64,000 nucleotides of DNA from an uncultured Acidimicrobiia bacterium. GTDB taxonomy: Bacteria; Actinomycetota; Acidimicrobiia; Acidimicrobiales; JACDCH01. Position 1 is the first letter of the stretch. Every line of letters starts with the position of its first letter. The stretch spans positions 474,467 through 538,466 of the forward strand of contig CAWIZW010000009.1 in the NCBI GenBank assembly GCA_963840695.1, read 5' to 3'. A program made the translations under genes and the position numbers. The notes beneath the pieces are model-generated. The model saw only the letters and a list, made by a program, of their open reading frames with translations. It made no database searches and was not told the DNA's origin. Shown here piece by piece: positions 20,544 to 29,875 of the stretch.

Positions 20544-21376
20544 CACGACGCCCGCCCGTAGCGCACGAGCTTGAGCAGGTCGGAGGACATCGTGCCCGCC
20601 TTCGTGTCGTAGCCGAACAGCCCGACGTACCGCGGCGTCGGTCCCACGACGGGGGTGACCCGGTGCAGCGACCAGCGGCCCTCGAACAGCATCAAGGTCC
20701 CCGGGGTCATCGGCACCGTCGTGACCCGCTCGCCCGACGAGCCGGCCAGCACCGACGCCACGTCGTCGTAGCGCTCGTCGATGGCGCCGTCGACGTCCGT
20801 TTCGGCGGCGGCCCATCGCAGCCGTTGCACGTTCTCGAACTCGCCGCCGGCCTCGCTCGACTGGACGGCGAGGGAGACGACGAAGTCGGTCTGGTCGTAG
20901 TGCCAGCCGAGCTCGTCGCCCTCGACCATGACGGCCAGGTTCATGGCGCCGAGCGGGTCGGCGTAGCGGTGCAGCGGCGCGCGTCCGAGGATGCGGCCGA
21001 CGAAGGCGAGCAGCGGATCCCACTCGAACAGGGCTCGCAGCGCCGACGTGTCACCGTCGAACCGGTCGTAGGCGACGGTGTGCACCGACGATCGGCTCCA
21101 CGTCACCCGCGGGTGGCCGGCAGGCCAGGCTCCGGCGTCGGGGAGCTCGAGGTACGGGGTGCCCTGCACGTCCTGGTGGTATGCGCCCAGAGCGAGCGCG
21201 TCGCACTCGGTGACGAGCGCCGCCACCGCCTCGTCGCGGATGAAGCCGGGCAGGATCGACACGCCGGTCGATCGCAGCTCCGCGGCATGGTGGTCGGCGA
21301 CGCCGCCACCGCGGGCGTCGAGATCGAGCACCGGGTAGCGGTCGAGGTCGACCAGCGAGGCGGGATCGACGGGCAC
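20543..21376 (-). CDS. Fe(II)/2-oxoglutarate-dependent oxygenase family protein
   Basis: Intact 277-aa ORF with the H-x-D motif WHYDQTD and a distal His in WSLHRVTPV. Its stop overlaps the fae start by 1 nt. Confidence 0.6.
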   Translation of the reverse strand: MPVDPASLVDLDRYPVLDLDARGGGVADHHAAELRSTGVSILPGFIRDEAVAALVTECDALALGAYHQDVQGTPYLELPDAGAWPAGHPRVTWSRSSVHTVAYDRFDGDTSALRALFEWDPLLAFVGRILGRAPLHRYADPLGAMNLAVMVEGDELGWHYDQTDFVVSLAVQSSEAGGEFENVQRLRWAAAETDVDGAIDERYDDVASVLAGSSGERVTTVPMTPGTLMLFEGRWSLHRVTPVVGPTPRYVGLFGYDTKAGTMSSDLLKLVRYGRAS

Positions 21377-21456
21377 GCGGCGAGGCTAGGACGCGCTGGG
21401 CGGCGGGCGGCAGCCGACCTTGGCCGCCCGCGAAGCCCACCCCTACGCTGGCCCGC

Positions 21457-22404
21457 ATGTCCGAGCGCACCCGTGACCTGCCCCGCCGCTCCTGCCACGC
21501 CGTCCCGGGGTCGAACGCCCGCTTCGTCGAGAAGGCCCAGTCGCTGCCGGTCGACATGGTCTTCCTCGACCTCGAGGACTCGGTCGCACCCAAGGAGAAG
21601 GAGGGCGCCCGGGCCGTCATCGCCGACGCGATCAAGAACGGCGACTGGGGCGACAAGGTCGTCTGCGTCCGCATCAACGACTGGTCGACGAAGTGGACGG
21701 TGTTCGACCTCATCGAGATCGTCGACGACGCTCGGGCGAGCGGCTCGACGAGATCATGCTGCCCAAGGTCGAGAGCGCGGCCCAGGTCGTCGCGGCCGAC
21801 ATGGTGCTCCGTCAGTGCGAGATCCAGGCCGGGCTGCCCATCGGCCACATCGGCATCGAGGCCCAGATCGAGACGGCGCAGGGGCTCATCAACGTCGAGG
21901 AGATCTGCGCCGCGTCGCCACGGCTGGAGACGATCATCTTCGGTCCTGCCGACTTCGCCGCGTCGATGGAGATGCCGGTGCTCACCGGTGGCGTGCAGAT
22001 CCCGGAGTACCCCGGCGACCACTTCCACTACGTGTTCAACAAGATCCTCATGGCCGGCCGGGCCAACGGCCTCCAGGTCATCGACGGGCCGTACCTCAAG
22101 GTCCGCGACCAGGAGGGCCTGCGCGACTACTGCGATGCGCGCCCGCATCCTCGGCTTCGACGGCAAGTGGACGCTGCACCCCGACCAGGTGCCGGTGGTC
22201 AACGAGGTCTTCAGCCCGACCCAGGAGCAGTTCGACCGGGCCTGGGACATCCTCGAGGCGTACGAGCAGGCCACCGAGGGCGAGGGCAAGGGCGCGGTCA
22301 TGTTCGGCGACGAGATGATCGACGAGGCGTCCCGCAAGATGGCCACGAAGTTCGTCACGCGAGGCGAGCGCGCCGGCCGCGCCCGCTCGCCGGGCGACGA
22401 CTGA
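21457..22404 (+). CDS. malyl-CoA lyase-like HpcH/HpaI aldolase / CitE family enzyme, frameshifted as given
   Basis: Motifs PGSNARFVEKAQSLPVDMVFLDLEDSVAP, GERLDEIMLPKV, FGPADFAASM and GKWTLHPDQVPVVNEVF. Frames run from 21457..22404 to 21693..22544 and back (shifts near 21740 and 22130). Confidence 0.8.
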   Translation: MSERTRDLPRRSCHAVPGSNARFVEKAQSLPVDMVFLDLEDSVAPKEKEGARAVIADAIKNGDWGDKVVCVRINDWSTKWTVFDLIEIVDDARASGSTRSCCPRSRARPRSSRPTWCSVSARSRPGCPSATSASRPRSRRRRGSSTSRRSAPRRHGWRRSSSVLPTSPRRWRCRCSPVACRSRSTPATTSTTCSTRSSWPAGPTASRSSTGRTSRSATRRACATTAMRARILGFDGKWTLHPDQVPVVNEVFSPTQEQFDRAWDILEAYEQATEGEGKGAVMFGDEMIDEASRKMATKFVTRGERAGRARSPGDD

Positions 22405-24051
22405 GTCCGGTCAGGATCGACCGCGGCGACTCTAGGCCGAGGACGCTGTCGACCTGCTCGACCAGGCGGCGGGCGATGATCTTGAGGCAGAGCGTCTCGT
22501 CGGCGCCCTCGAAGATCGACAGGACCCTGGCGTCGACGAAGTAGCGGCTCACGTCGTACTCCTCGGCGTAGCCCATGCCGCCGTGGATCTGCTGGGCCTC
22601 GCGCGTGACCCACTCGGCCGCCTTGCACACGTACGCCTTGACCATCGCGGCCTCGAGGGTGCCTTCGCCCTTCGCCATCAGCCGGGCCACCACGTAGGCG
22701 AACTGGCGCGCGGCCTGGATCGTGACCGCCATGCGACCGAGCTTGGCCTGCGTCAGCTGGTAGTCGGCGATGGGCTTGCCGAAGACGACCCGGTCCTCGG
22801 CGTAGGCCCGTGCCGCCTCGTAGGCGGCCTGCATGACGCCGATGGCCCGTGCCGCGGTCTGCAGCCGGCCGTTCTCGAACCCGGCCATCTGGAGGTAGAA
22901 GCCCTGGCCGAGCCCCTCGTCGCCGCCGACGAGGTTCGCCGCCGGCACGAACCAGCCGTCGAAGGCGATCTCGTAGGAGTGCATGCCCCGGTAGCCGATG
23001 GTGTCGATCGGACGGCCCTCCATGCGACCGCCCCGCTCGCCGCTCGAGCACGAACCCGTCGCCCTCGGCCGCGCGGCTTCTCGACGACGAAGAGCGACAG
23101 CCCGCGATGCGTCTTGGACCGGTCGGGGTCGGTGCGGGCGAGCAGCATCAGGAGATCGGCGCGGGCGCCGAAGGTGCACCACGTCTTGACCCCGTTCACG
23201 AGCCAGCCGGACCGGCGCCATCCCCGCATCCGGCGTCGGCGTCGCCGTGACCTTGATGCCGGCGACGTCGGAGCCGTAGTCGGGCTCGGTGACGGCGACG
23301 GCGTTGAGCAGCTCGGCGGTCGCCATGCGGGGCAGCCACCGCTGCTTCTGCTCCTCGGTGCCGCCCTTGACCAGGGCCCGGGTCAGGATCTCGGGCCGGG
23401 TGATGAGCGAGCCGCCGGCGCCGAGCGAGCCGCGCGACAGCTCCTCGGTGGCGACGACCATGCCGATGTACTCGGACTCGCCGCCCGTGCCCCAGCCGCC
23501 GTACTCCTCCGGGATCGACAGGCCGAAGGCCCCCATCTCGCCGAGCCCGGCGATGATGTCCTCGGGGATGTCGGCGTTGTGCCGGTGGACGTGCTCGGCG
23601 ACCGGCCGCAGCTTGTCCTCGGCGAAGCGGCGGAAGGTGTCCTGCACGAGCTCGAAGTCGTCGTCGAGGTGGCGGGGACCGGTCGTCGCCCGCCAGCTCG
23701 GCGACGCACGGCCGGATCGCGCCAGGCGGCCACGAAGGCGCGGGCCGCGTCGAGGGCGTCCGGCGCTCGACGCCCCACAGCGGCTCGCGGCCCCACAGCC
23801 TCGCCCCGAGGTCGGCGACCGCGTCGGCGACGAAGGCGCACGTGATGGCGCCCTCGACGTCGCCCTTGGCGCCGTAGTCGAGCAGCGCCCGCGCCGTCTC
23901 GACCGCCGACGGCGGCGTGGGCGACGTCGTAGGCGAGGACCTGGGCCACGTCGGGTCCGCCGGCGGCGGCGAGGGCACGCACGCCCGCCCCCACGACGTC
24001 ACGGGCGATGTCGACGGCGGACGCCGCAGCGTTGAGATCCGGTGCCGGCAT
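22355..24051 (-). CDS. acyl-CoA dehydrogenase with an N-terminal extension of roughly 130 aa, frameshifted as given
   Basis: ACAD blocks FGLSIPEEYGG, AVTEPDYGSDVAGIKV, WCTFGARADLLMLLART and QIHGGMGYAEEYDVSRYFVDARVLSIFEGADE. Assembled from track ORFs 23383..24822, 23196..24002, 22355..23647 and 22753..23229. The 3' end is uncertain. Confidence 0.75.
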
Positions 24052-24074
24052 GGGCCCGGAAGCTAGCTGACGCG

Positions 24075-26268
24075 CTAGTCCGCCGGCCACATCGTCGCCC
24101 GTGTCCCCGACGAACCTCGACGCCAGCCCGGCGAGGCCGTCGGCCGCCACCGGGAAGCCGAGGAAGTAGCCCTGGGCCCGGTCGCAGCCGAGCCGGCGGA
24201 GCGTGTCGAGGTCGGCGTCGCTGGCGGCCCCTTCGGCGACGACCCGCAGGCCGAGCCGGTGGGCGAGGTCGACGATCGACCCGCAGATGGCGGCGTCGCG
24301 GCTGTTGGTGCCGATGCCGGCGACGAAGGCGCGGTCGATCTTCAGCTCGTCGATGGGGAGCGACTTGAGGTAGGCGAGCGCGGAGCGGCCCGTGCCGAAG
24401 TCGTCGATGGCGACACCGACCCCGAGGCCCCGCAGGTGGCGGAGGGCCTCGAGCGCGGCTCCGACGTCGCTCATGACCTCGGACTCGGTCACCTCGAGCA
24501 CGAGCCGCTCCGGCGGGAAGCCCTTGGCGGCGAGCAGCTCGGCGAGCCACCCGACGAGGTCGGACTCGACCAGGTTGCGGGCCGAGAGGTTCACGGAGAG
24601 CTGGAGGTCGGTCCCCGCCGCCTGCTGGCTGTCGACGGCGTGCTCGACGACCCACCGCGACAGGGGTTGGATCAGACCGGACACCTCGGCGAGGCGGATG
24701 AAGTCGGTGGGGCTCGACGCGCCCCTGGTCGGGATGTGTCCACCGGACGAGGGCCTCCACGGCCACGGCCCGGCCCGTCGCCAGGTCGAAGCAGGGCTGG
24801 AACTCCAGGTCGAGCTCGTCATCGGCGATGGCTCGTCGGAGCTGGCCGAGCATGGTGAGGCGCCGGACGCTCGTCTCGTCGAGGGCGGGCTCGTACACCG
24901 CCCAGGGGCGACCGCTCCGCTTGGCGAGGTACATGGCGATGTCGGCGCGAGCGATCAGCGTGGCGACGTCGTCGCCGTGACCGGGGTGCAGGGCGATGCC
25001 GATGCTGGCCCCGCAGTGGAGCTGGAGGCCACCGACCTCGAACGGACGCTCGAGGATGGCCTGGACGCGTGGCGGCGGCGACGGCCACGCCCTCGTCGGC
25101 GTCGGCGGTGAGGAGGACGGCGAACTCGTCTCCGCCGAGACGGGCCACGGTGTCGCAGTCGGCGAGCTCGTCGCGCAACCGGTCGCCGAGGGCCACCAGG
25201 AGGCTGTCACCGGCCTCGTGACCGAGGGTGTCGTTGACCTCCTTGAAGTCGTCGAGGTCGAGGAGCAGCAACGCCACGCCGCGGCGGCGGCCCTGGGGCT
25301 CGGCCAGGGCGGCCTCGAGCCGCTCCACGAGCAACCACCGGTTCGCCAGCCCGGTGAGCGAGTCGTGGGTGGCTTGCTCCCGGAGCTCGTCCTCGGCCCG
25401 CCGGCGGTCCGAGACGTCCATCATGACGCCGCGGATGTTCACCGACCGGCCCGCGGCGTCGTGCTCGATGGACCCCGCGTCCCGGAGGTAGACGGCCTGC
25501 CCGCCGGCGGCGACCATGCGGTACTCGAGCGTGTGGTCCACCCCCGCGGCGACGGCTTCGTCGACCTCGGCGCAGACCCTGGCGGCATCGACGGGGTGCA
25601 GGTGGTCCTCCCAGAACCCGCGCCGGTACCAGTGTGCGAGCGGGTACCCGAGCAGCGCCTCGGCCCGGGGGCTGACGTAGCTGAACTGCCCGGTGCCGGG
25701 GATCATCTCCCACACGACGACGTCGACGTCGTCCACGAGAGCGCGGTACCGCAACCGCAGCGACCGCTCCTCCTCGGCGATGGCACCGAGGATGAGGGCG
25801 AGGGCGAGGCCGGCGATGGCGATGGCGACGAACGTGTTCCACGGGTCGCGCGACATCGGCGGCGACGACGGCGCCGGCGAGCACGGCGAGTCCGACGGTC
25901 CCGCCGGCGATGGTCCGCCAGCGCCCGAGCATCACCGCCGACAGCGCCAGGTCGGTCACGATGAGGAGCGCGACCGCCGGGTAGATGCGCGGGTCGACGA
26001 GGACGGCGACGCCGCCGAGGACGCCGAAGGCGGCGGGCTGGACCGCAGGCCACCGCCCGTTCCGGCGGGTCGAGTAGGCCAGGAGGAGGTCGGCGGGCAG
26101 CACGACGAGCAGGACGTAGACCGCGAGCGCCCGAGGCTCGTCGAGGTCGGGCAGCAGCAGCGCGAGCGGCGCCATGGCCGCGATGAGGATGTGCCGCACC
26201 GGGAACACGAGGCGCGCCACGTCGATGGGGTCACGAACCTCACCGTCGCTCCTGGCGCCTGCGCCCAT
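24075..26268 (-). CDS. membrane-associated PAS-GGDEF-EAL protein (c-di-GMP turnover), frameshifted as given
   Basis: TM-rich N-terminus (track ORF 25207..26328), then a PAS-like segment and RLGGDEFAVLL (24819..25856). The EAL domain shows EALVRW, DDFGTG and KIDRAFV (23999..25210 and 23383..24822). The 3' end is approximate because the frame runs on into the ACAD start. Confidence 0.8.
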
Positions 26269-26443
26269 CCCACATCCCTGCCCGCCGTCACCAAGAGTAG
26301 CGAAGCGTGCTGCGGTCGAGTTCCGCACGGTATGCCGGGATACGTACCTTCGACCGGGGAGGCGGTCCGGGCTCCGAGAACTGCCCGACCGGGAAGTGCT
26401 CGAGGTCGTTGACGATCATCCGCCGCCGATCGACGATCCTCAC

Positions 26444-27100
26444 ATGGCAGGAGAACCGACGCTACGGCTGGGCGACACGGGCGAGTGGGTCACGTACCTG
26501 CAGCAGTGCCTGAACGCCTTCGACATGTACAGCCCGATCGAGGAGACCGGCACGTACGACGACAGCACCGAGGGCAAGGTCCGGTTCGTCCAGGGCACCG
26601 TCGGTGTCTCCGAGAGCGGGGTCATGGACGAGCAGACGTGGGCCGCCTTCCTCGCGTTCATGGAGACCCGTGCGGGCGGCGCCGACGACGGCACCGGGAC
26701 CGGCGGCGACGGGGAGGGCACCGGTGGCGATTACGACAAGGAGCTCCCGCTCGACGTGACGGTCGACCTGAGGCCGAACGGGACCGTCGCGGTCACCGCC
26801 GGCAACCCGTCGCAGCGGATCGCCGCGAAGTCGCAGGGCTTCAGCGCGTGGTCGGTGTTCGCGGACGGGTCCGAGCACAGCGGGTGGTTCGAGATGTTCC
26901 CGTCGCAGGCGATGGATCCGGGTGGCTCGGAGACGCTGGAGTTCGACTACGCCTACGCGACGGTCGAGCACGGCGACCAGACCGGCGCCAAGCTGTACGT
27001 GTACCAGACCTACATCGGGAAGACGGTCGTGCCGTACGACATCGTCGACGGCGAGTGCCGTCCCACCGGCGAGGTCTACTTCGAGGCCGAGTCGGGCTGA
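26444..27100 (+). CDS. peptidoglycan-binding-domain protein with an uncharacterised C-terminal domain
   Basis: Intact 218-aa product with an N-terminal PG_binding_1-like segment (LRLGDTGEWVTYLQQCLN...GTYDDSTEGKVRFVQ), a Gly-rich linker and a beta-rich C-terminus. I see no signal peptide. Confidence 0.65.
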   Translation: MAGEPTLRLGDTGEWVTYLQQCLNAFDMYSPIEETGTYDDSTEGKVRFVQGTVGVSESGVMDEQTWAAFLAFMETRAGGADDGTGTGGDGEGTGGDYDKELPLDVTVDLRPNGTVAVTAGNPSQRIAAKSQGFSAWSVFADGSEHSGWFEMFPSQAMDPGGSETLEFDYAYATVEHGDQTGAKLYVYQTYIGKTVVPYDIVDGECRPTGEVYFEAESG

Positions 27101-27162
27101 GCCGGACCCGTCGCGACCTGACGGGTTCTGGGGCGCAGGCCCGCGCTCCTAACGTTGGCCTG

Positions 27163-27680
27163 GTGACGATCCACGACCGACCCTTCGGCCGCTACTTCGA
27201 GGACTTCGAGGTCGGCGACATCTACAAGCACTGGCCGGGCAAGACGATCACCGAGTACGACGACCACCTGTTCTGCATGATCACGATGAACCACCACCCG
27301 CTGCACACCAACGCGTGGTTCGCCGAGCACGAGACGCCCGCACGGGCAAGAACGTCGTCGTCGGCAACCTCGTCTACTCGCTCGTGCTCGGGCATGAGCG
27401 TCCCCGACGTCAGCGGCGTCGTGCATCGCCAACCTCGAGGTCGAGACGCTCAAGCACGCCAAGCCGACCTTCCACGGCGACACCATCTACGCCGAGACGC
27501 GGGTGCTCGACAAGAAGCTCGACGTCGAAGGGCGACCGCGGCATCGTCACCGTCGAGACCAAGGGCATCAACCAGCGCGGCGAGGAGGTCTGCTACTTCC
27601 GCCGCAAGCTGATGGTGTGGACGCGGGAGACGGCGCCGCCCCGCGGCCGCCCCTACGACGAGCGACGATCTGGTCGACGT
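27163..27680 (+). CDS. MaoC-like (hot-dog fold) acyl-CoA hydratase/dehydratase, frameshifted as given
   Basis: Motifs GRYFEDFEVGDIYKHWPGKTITEYDDHLFCMITMNHHPLHTN and GDRGIVTVETKGINQRGEEVCYFRRKLMVW. There are at least 2 frame changes. The 3' end is approximate. Confidence 0.75.
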
Positions 27681-27691
27681 GAGTCCGCTGA

Positions 27692-28440
27692 GTGCATGAC
27701 ATCGCCGGCGCGGCGAACGGCTTCGGGCCGGCGGCCGGCGACTACGAGCGGGCACGACCGTCGTACCCGCCGGGCGCGGTCGACGTCGCTGCGCGTCGAG
27801 CTCGGCGTCGGCCCGGGGCGCGGGTCGTGCGACCTCGCCGCCGGCACCGGGAAGCTCACCCGGCTGCTCGTCGCCGACCGGCGCCGACGTCGTCGCCGTC
27901 GAGCCGGTCGCCGGCATGCGCGAGCGAGCTCGCAGGCGTCGGTGCCCGGCGTCGAGGTCCTCGACGGCACGGCCGAGGCGATCCCGCTCCGCGACGCGTC
28001 CGTCGACGCCGTGACGGTCGCCCAGGCGTTCCACTGGTTCCGCTTCGACGAGGCGCTGGCCGAGATCGCGCGCGTGCTGCGGCCCGGCGGCGGGCTGGCG
28101 ATGCTGTTCAACGAGCGCGACGAGCGGATGCCGTGGGTCAGCGCGGTGGAACGAGGTCATCGAGTGGCACACCCGGCCGCATCGCCTACGTACCAGGACA
28201 CCGACTGGGCCGGCGGTCGCTCGCCGGTCGGCCGGCTTCACCGACGGCGGCGACGCGCAGCGTCGAGTGCGACCCAGCCGATCGACCGCCGAGCTCGTCG
28301 CCGCCCGGGTCCGGTCGACGAGCTACGTCGCCGAGCAGCCGCCCGACGGTGCAGCAGGAGCTACGTCGACCGGGTCGCTCGCTCGTCGTCGACGGGCTTC
28401 GACGAGCACGTTCGACCTCCCCTACGTCACCGCACGCTGT
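27692..28440 (+). CDS. class I SAM-dependent methyltransferase, frameshifted as given
   Basis: Motif I DLAAGTGKLTRLL, ADVVAVEP, VDAVTVAQAFHWF and LRPGGGLAMLFNERD. The pieces are spread over 3 frames. Confidence 0.65.
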
Positions 28441-29334
28441 GGTGGGCATCGAAGCCGCGCGCTGCTCGACGTGGTGGGAGCGGCACGGTCGGCGCGACCT
28501 GCCGTGGCGGCGCACCCGCGACCCGTGGGCGGTGCTCGTGTCAGCGAGCTGATGCTCCAGCAGACCCAGGTGCCGCGGGTCGTGCCGCGCTACGAGGCGT
28601 TCCTCGAGCGGTTCCCGACGCCGGCCGCGTGCGCGGCGGCGCCGGCCGGCGACGTCGTCCGCGCCTGGGCCGGGCTCGGCTACAACCGCCGCGCCGTCAA
28701 CCTGCACCGGTGCGCGCGTGCGCGGTCGTCGAGCGCCACGGCGGGCGTGCTGCCCGACGACGCTCGACGCGCTGCTCGCCCTGCCCGGGCATCGGGCCGT
28801 ACACGGCGCGGGCCGTGCTCGTCTTCGCCTTCGAGCGCGACGTCGGCCTGGTCGACACGAACGCCGGCCGCTTCCTCGCCCGCGCCCGTCGCCGGCCGGG
28901 CCGTTGCGGCCACGCGAGGCGCAGGCGCTGGCCGACGCGCTCGTGCCCGCCCGGCGAGCGTGGGCGTGGGGCTCAGGCGGTGTTCGACCTCGGCGCGCTC
29001 GTCTGCACCAAGCGGGCGCCGCGCGTGCGACGCCTGCCCGCTCGCGCGCCGGCGTGCGCGTGGGCGGCCGCCGGGCTTCCCCGAGCCCGACCCGGTCGAC
29101 GGCTCGGCCGGGATCAGCGGCGCCGCAGTCGCCGGTTCGACGGCTCCGACCGCCAGGGCCGGGGCCGGCTGGTCGACGCGCTCCGGCGCGGCGCCGGTCG
29201 CCGCCGCCGACCTCGCCGCGGTGATGGGCTGGCCCGACGACCACACGCCGCGCCGCGCGCGTGGCCGCCACCGCTCGTCGCCGACGGCCTCGCCACGCAT
29301 CGACGACGAAGGCCGCTTCAGCCTCCCGGCCTGA
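28439..29334 (+). CDS. mutY: A/G-specific adenine DNA glycosylase (MutY-like), heavily frameshifted as given
   Basis: Motifs WWERHGRRDLPWRRTRDPWAVLVSELMLQQTQV, AWAGLGYNRRA and HhH LPGIGPYTARAV. A reconstructed C-x6-C-x2-C-x5-C cluster loop reads CTKRAPRCDACPLARRC. There are at least 5 frame changes. Confidence 0.75.
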
Positions 29335-29344
29335 CGAATGCTGT

Positions 29345-29875
29345 TCAGTCGGGCATGGCGACGAGGGCGTCGACGATGTCGTCGACGGCGGCGTCGGCGA
29401 GCGCCTGCATCTCGTCGTCGGTGCGGTCCTGGATCGGGTGGGCGACGAACACGCGCGCGACGTCGACGCCGAGCGCGCCGGCCTGGGCGTCGGCGGCGTC
29501 GACGAACTCGGTCGACGCGACGAACACCGCGGCACGCCCCGGGCCTCGAGATCGGCGATGTCGTGCACACTGCACGACGTGCACGAGCCTCAGTCGGCGA
29601 GGGCCTCGATCACGCACGTCGCACGCGCTGGCGATCTCGTGGCGCAGGTCGACCGGGGCGGGCTTGGTGAACGTCGGCTTGGCGAAGCGCCGCACCGTCG
29701 GCGCCCCGCGCTCGCAGCAGCTCCTCGAGGCGGTCGAGGAACACGTCGCCGCGCGGCTTGCTGATGTCGAGCAGCCCGATGGATCTTGCCGTCGAGTGCC
29801 GTCGAGCCGGGCGGCGAGCGGTGCGGCCGCGCCGGCGCTCGCTCGGCGGTCGGGATCGAGGAGCGTCACAGCCAT
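29345..29875 (-). CDS. candidate UGSC-family (seleno)protein; in-frame TGA at 29592-29590 read as Sec; frameshifted as given
   Basis: Reconstructed product: MAVTLLDP...SIGLLDISKPRGDVFLDRLEELL...VRRFAKPTFTKPAPVDLRHEIASACDV, then VIEALAD-U-GSCTSCSVHDIADLEARGVP, then VFVASTEF...AHPIQDRTDDEMQALADAAVDDIVDALVAMPD. An AGGAG sits 10 nt upstream of the ATG. About 4 frame changes. Confidence 0.6.
   Translation of the reverse strand: MAVTLLDPDRRASAGAAAPLAARLDGTRRQDPSGCSTSASRAATCSSTASRSCCERGAPTVRRFAKPTFTKPAPVDLRHEIASACDVRDRGPRRLRLVHVVQCARHRRSRGPGRAAVFVASTEFVDAADAQAGALGVDVARVFVAHPIQDRTDDEMQALADAAVDDIVDALVAMPD
29560..29578 (-). promoter_or_regulatory. SECIS-like hairpin downstream of the in-frame TGA
   Basis: On the minus strand, GTCGTGCA-gtg-TGCACGAC (perfect 8-bp stem) starts 11 nt after the TGA at 29592-29590. 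Confidence 0.5.

Noticed and set aside
22355-22404. The 50-nt convergent overlap of the lyase and acyl-CoA dehydrogenase 3' ends as a deliberate antisense arrangement.
   Set aside because: The ACAD C-terminal 20 codons past ...LCLKIIARRLVEQ look non-conserved. An indel that removed the native stop is the simpler explanation.
24040-24090. The EAL domain C-terminus and the acyl-CoA dehydrogenase N-terminus are in the same frame with no stop (…ARQLASGPMPAPDLN…), suggesting a fusion protein.
   Set aside because: A TAG is available one frame over at 24077-24075. The ACAD has its own ATG. Given the indel density, loss of the native stop by a frame error is much more likely than an EAL-ACAD fusion.
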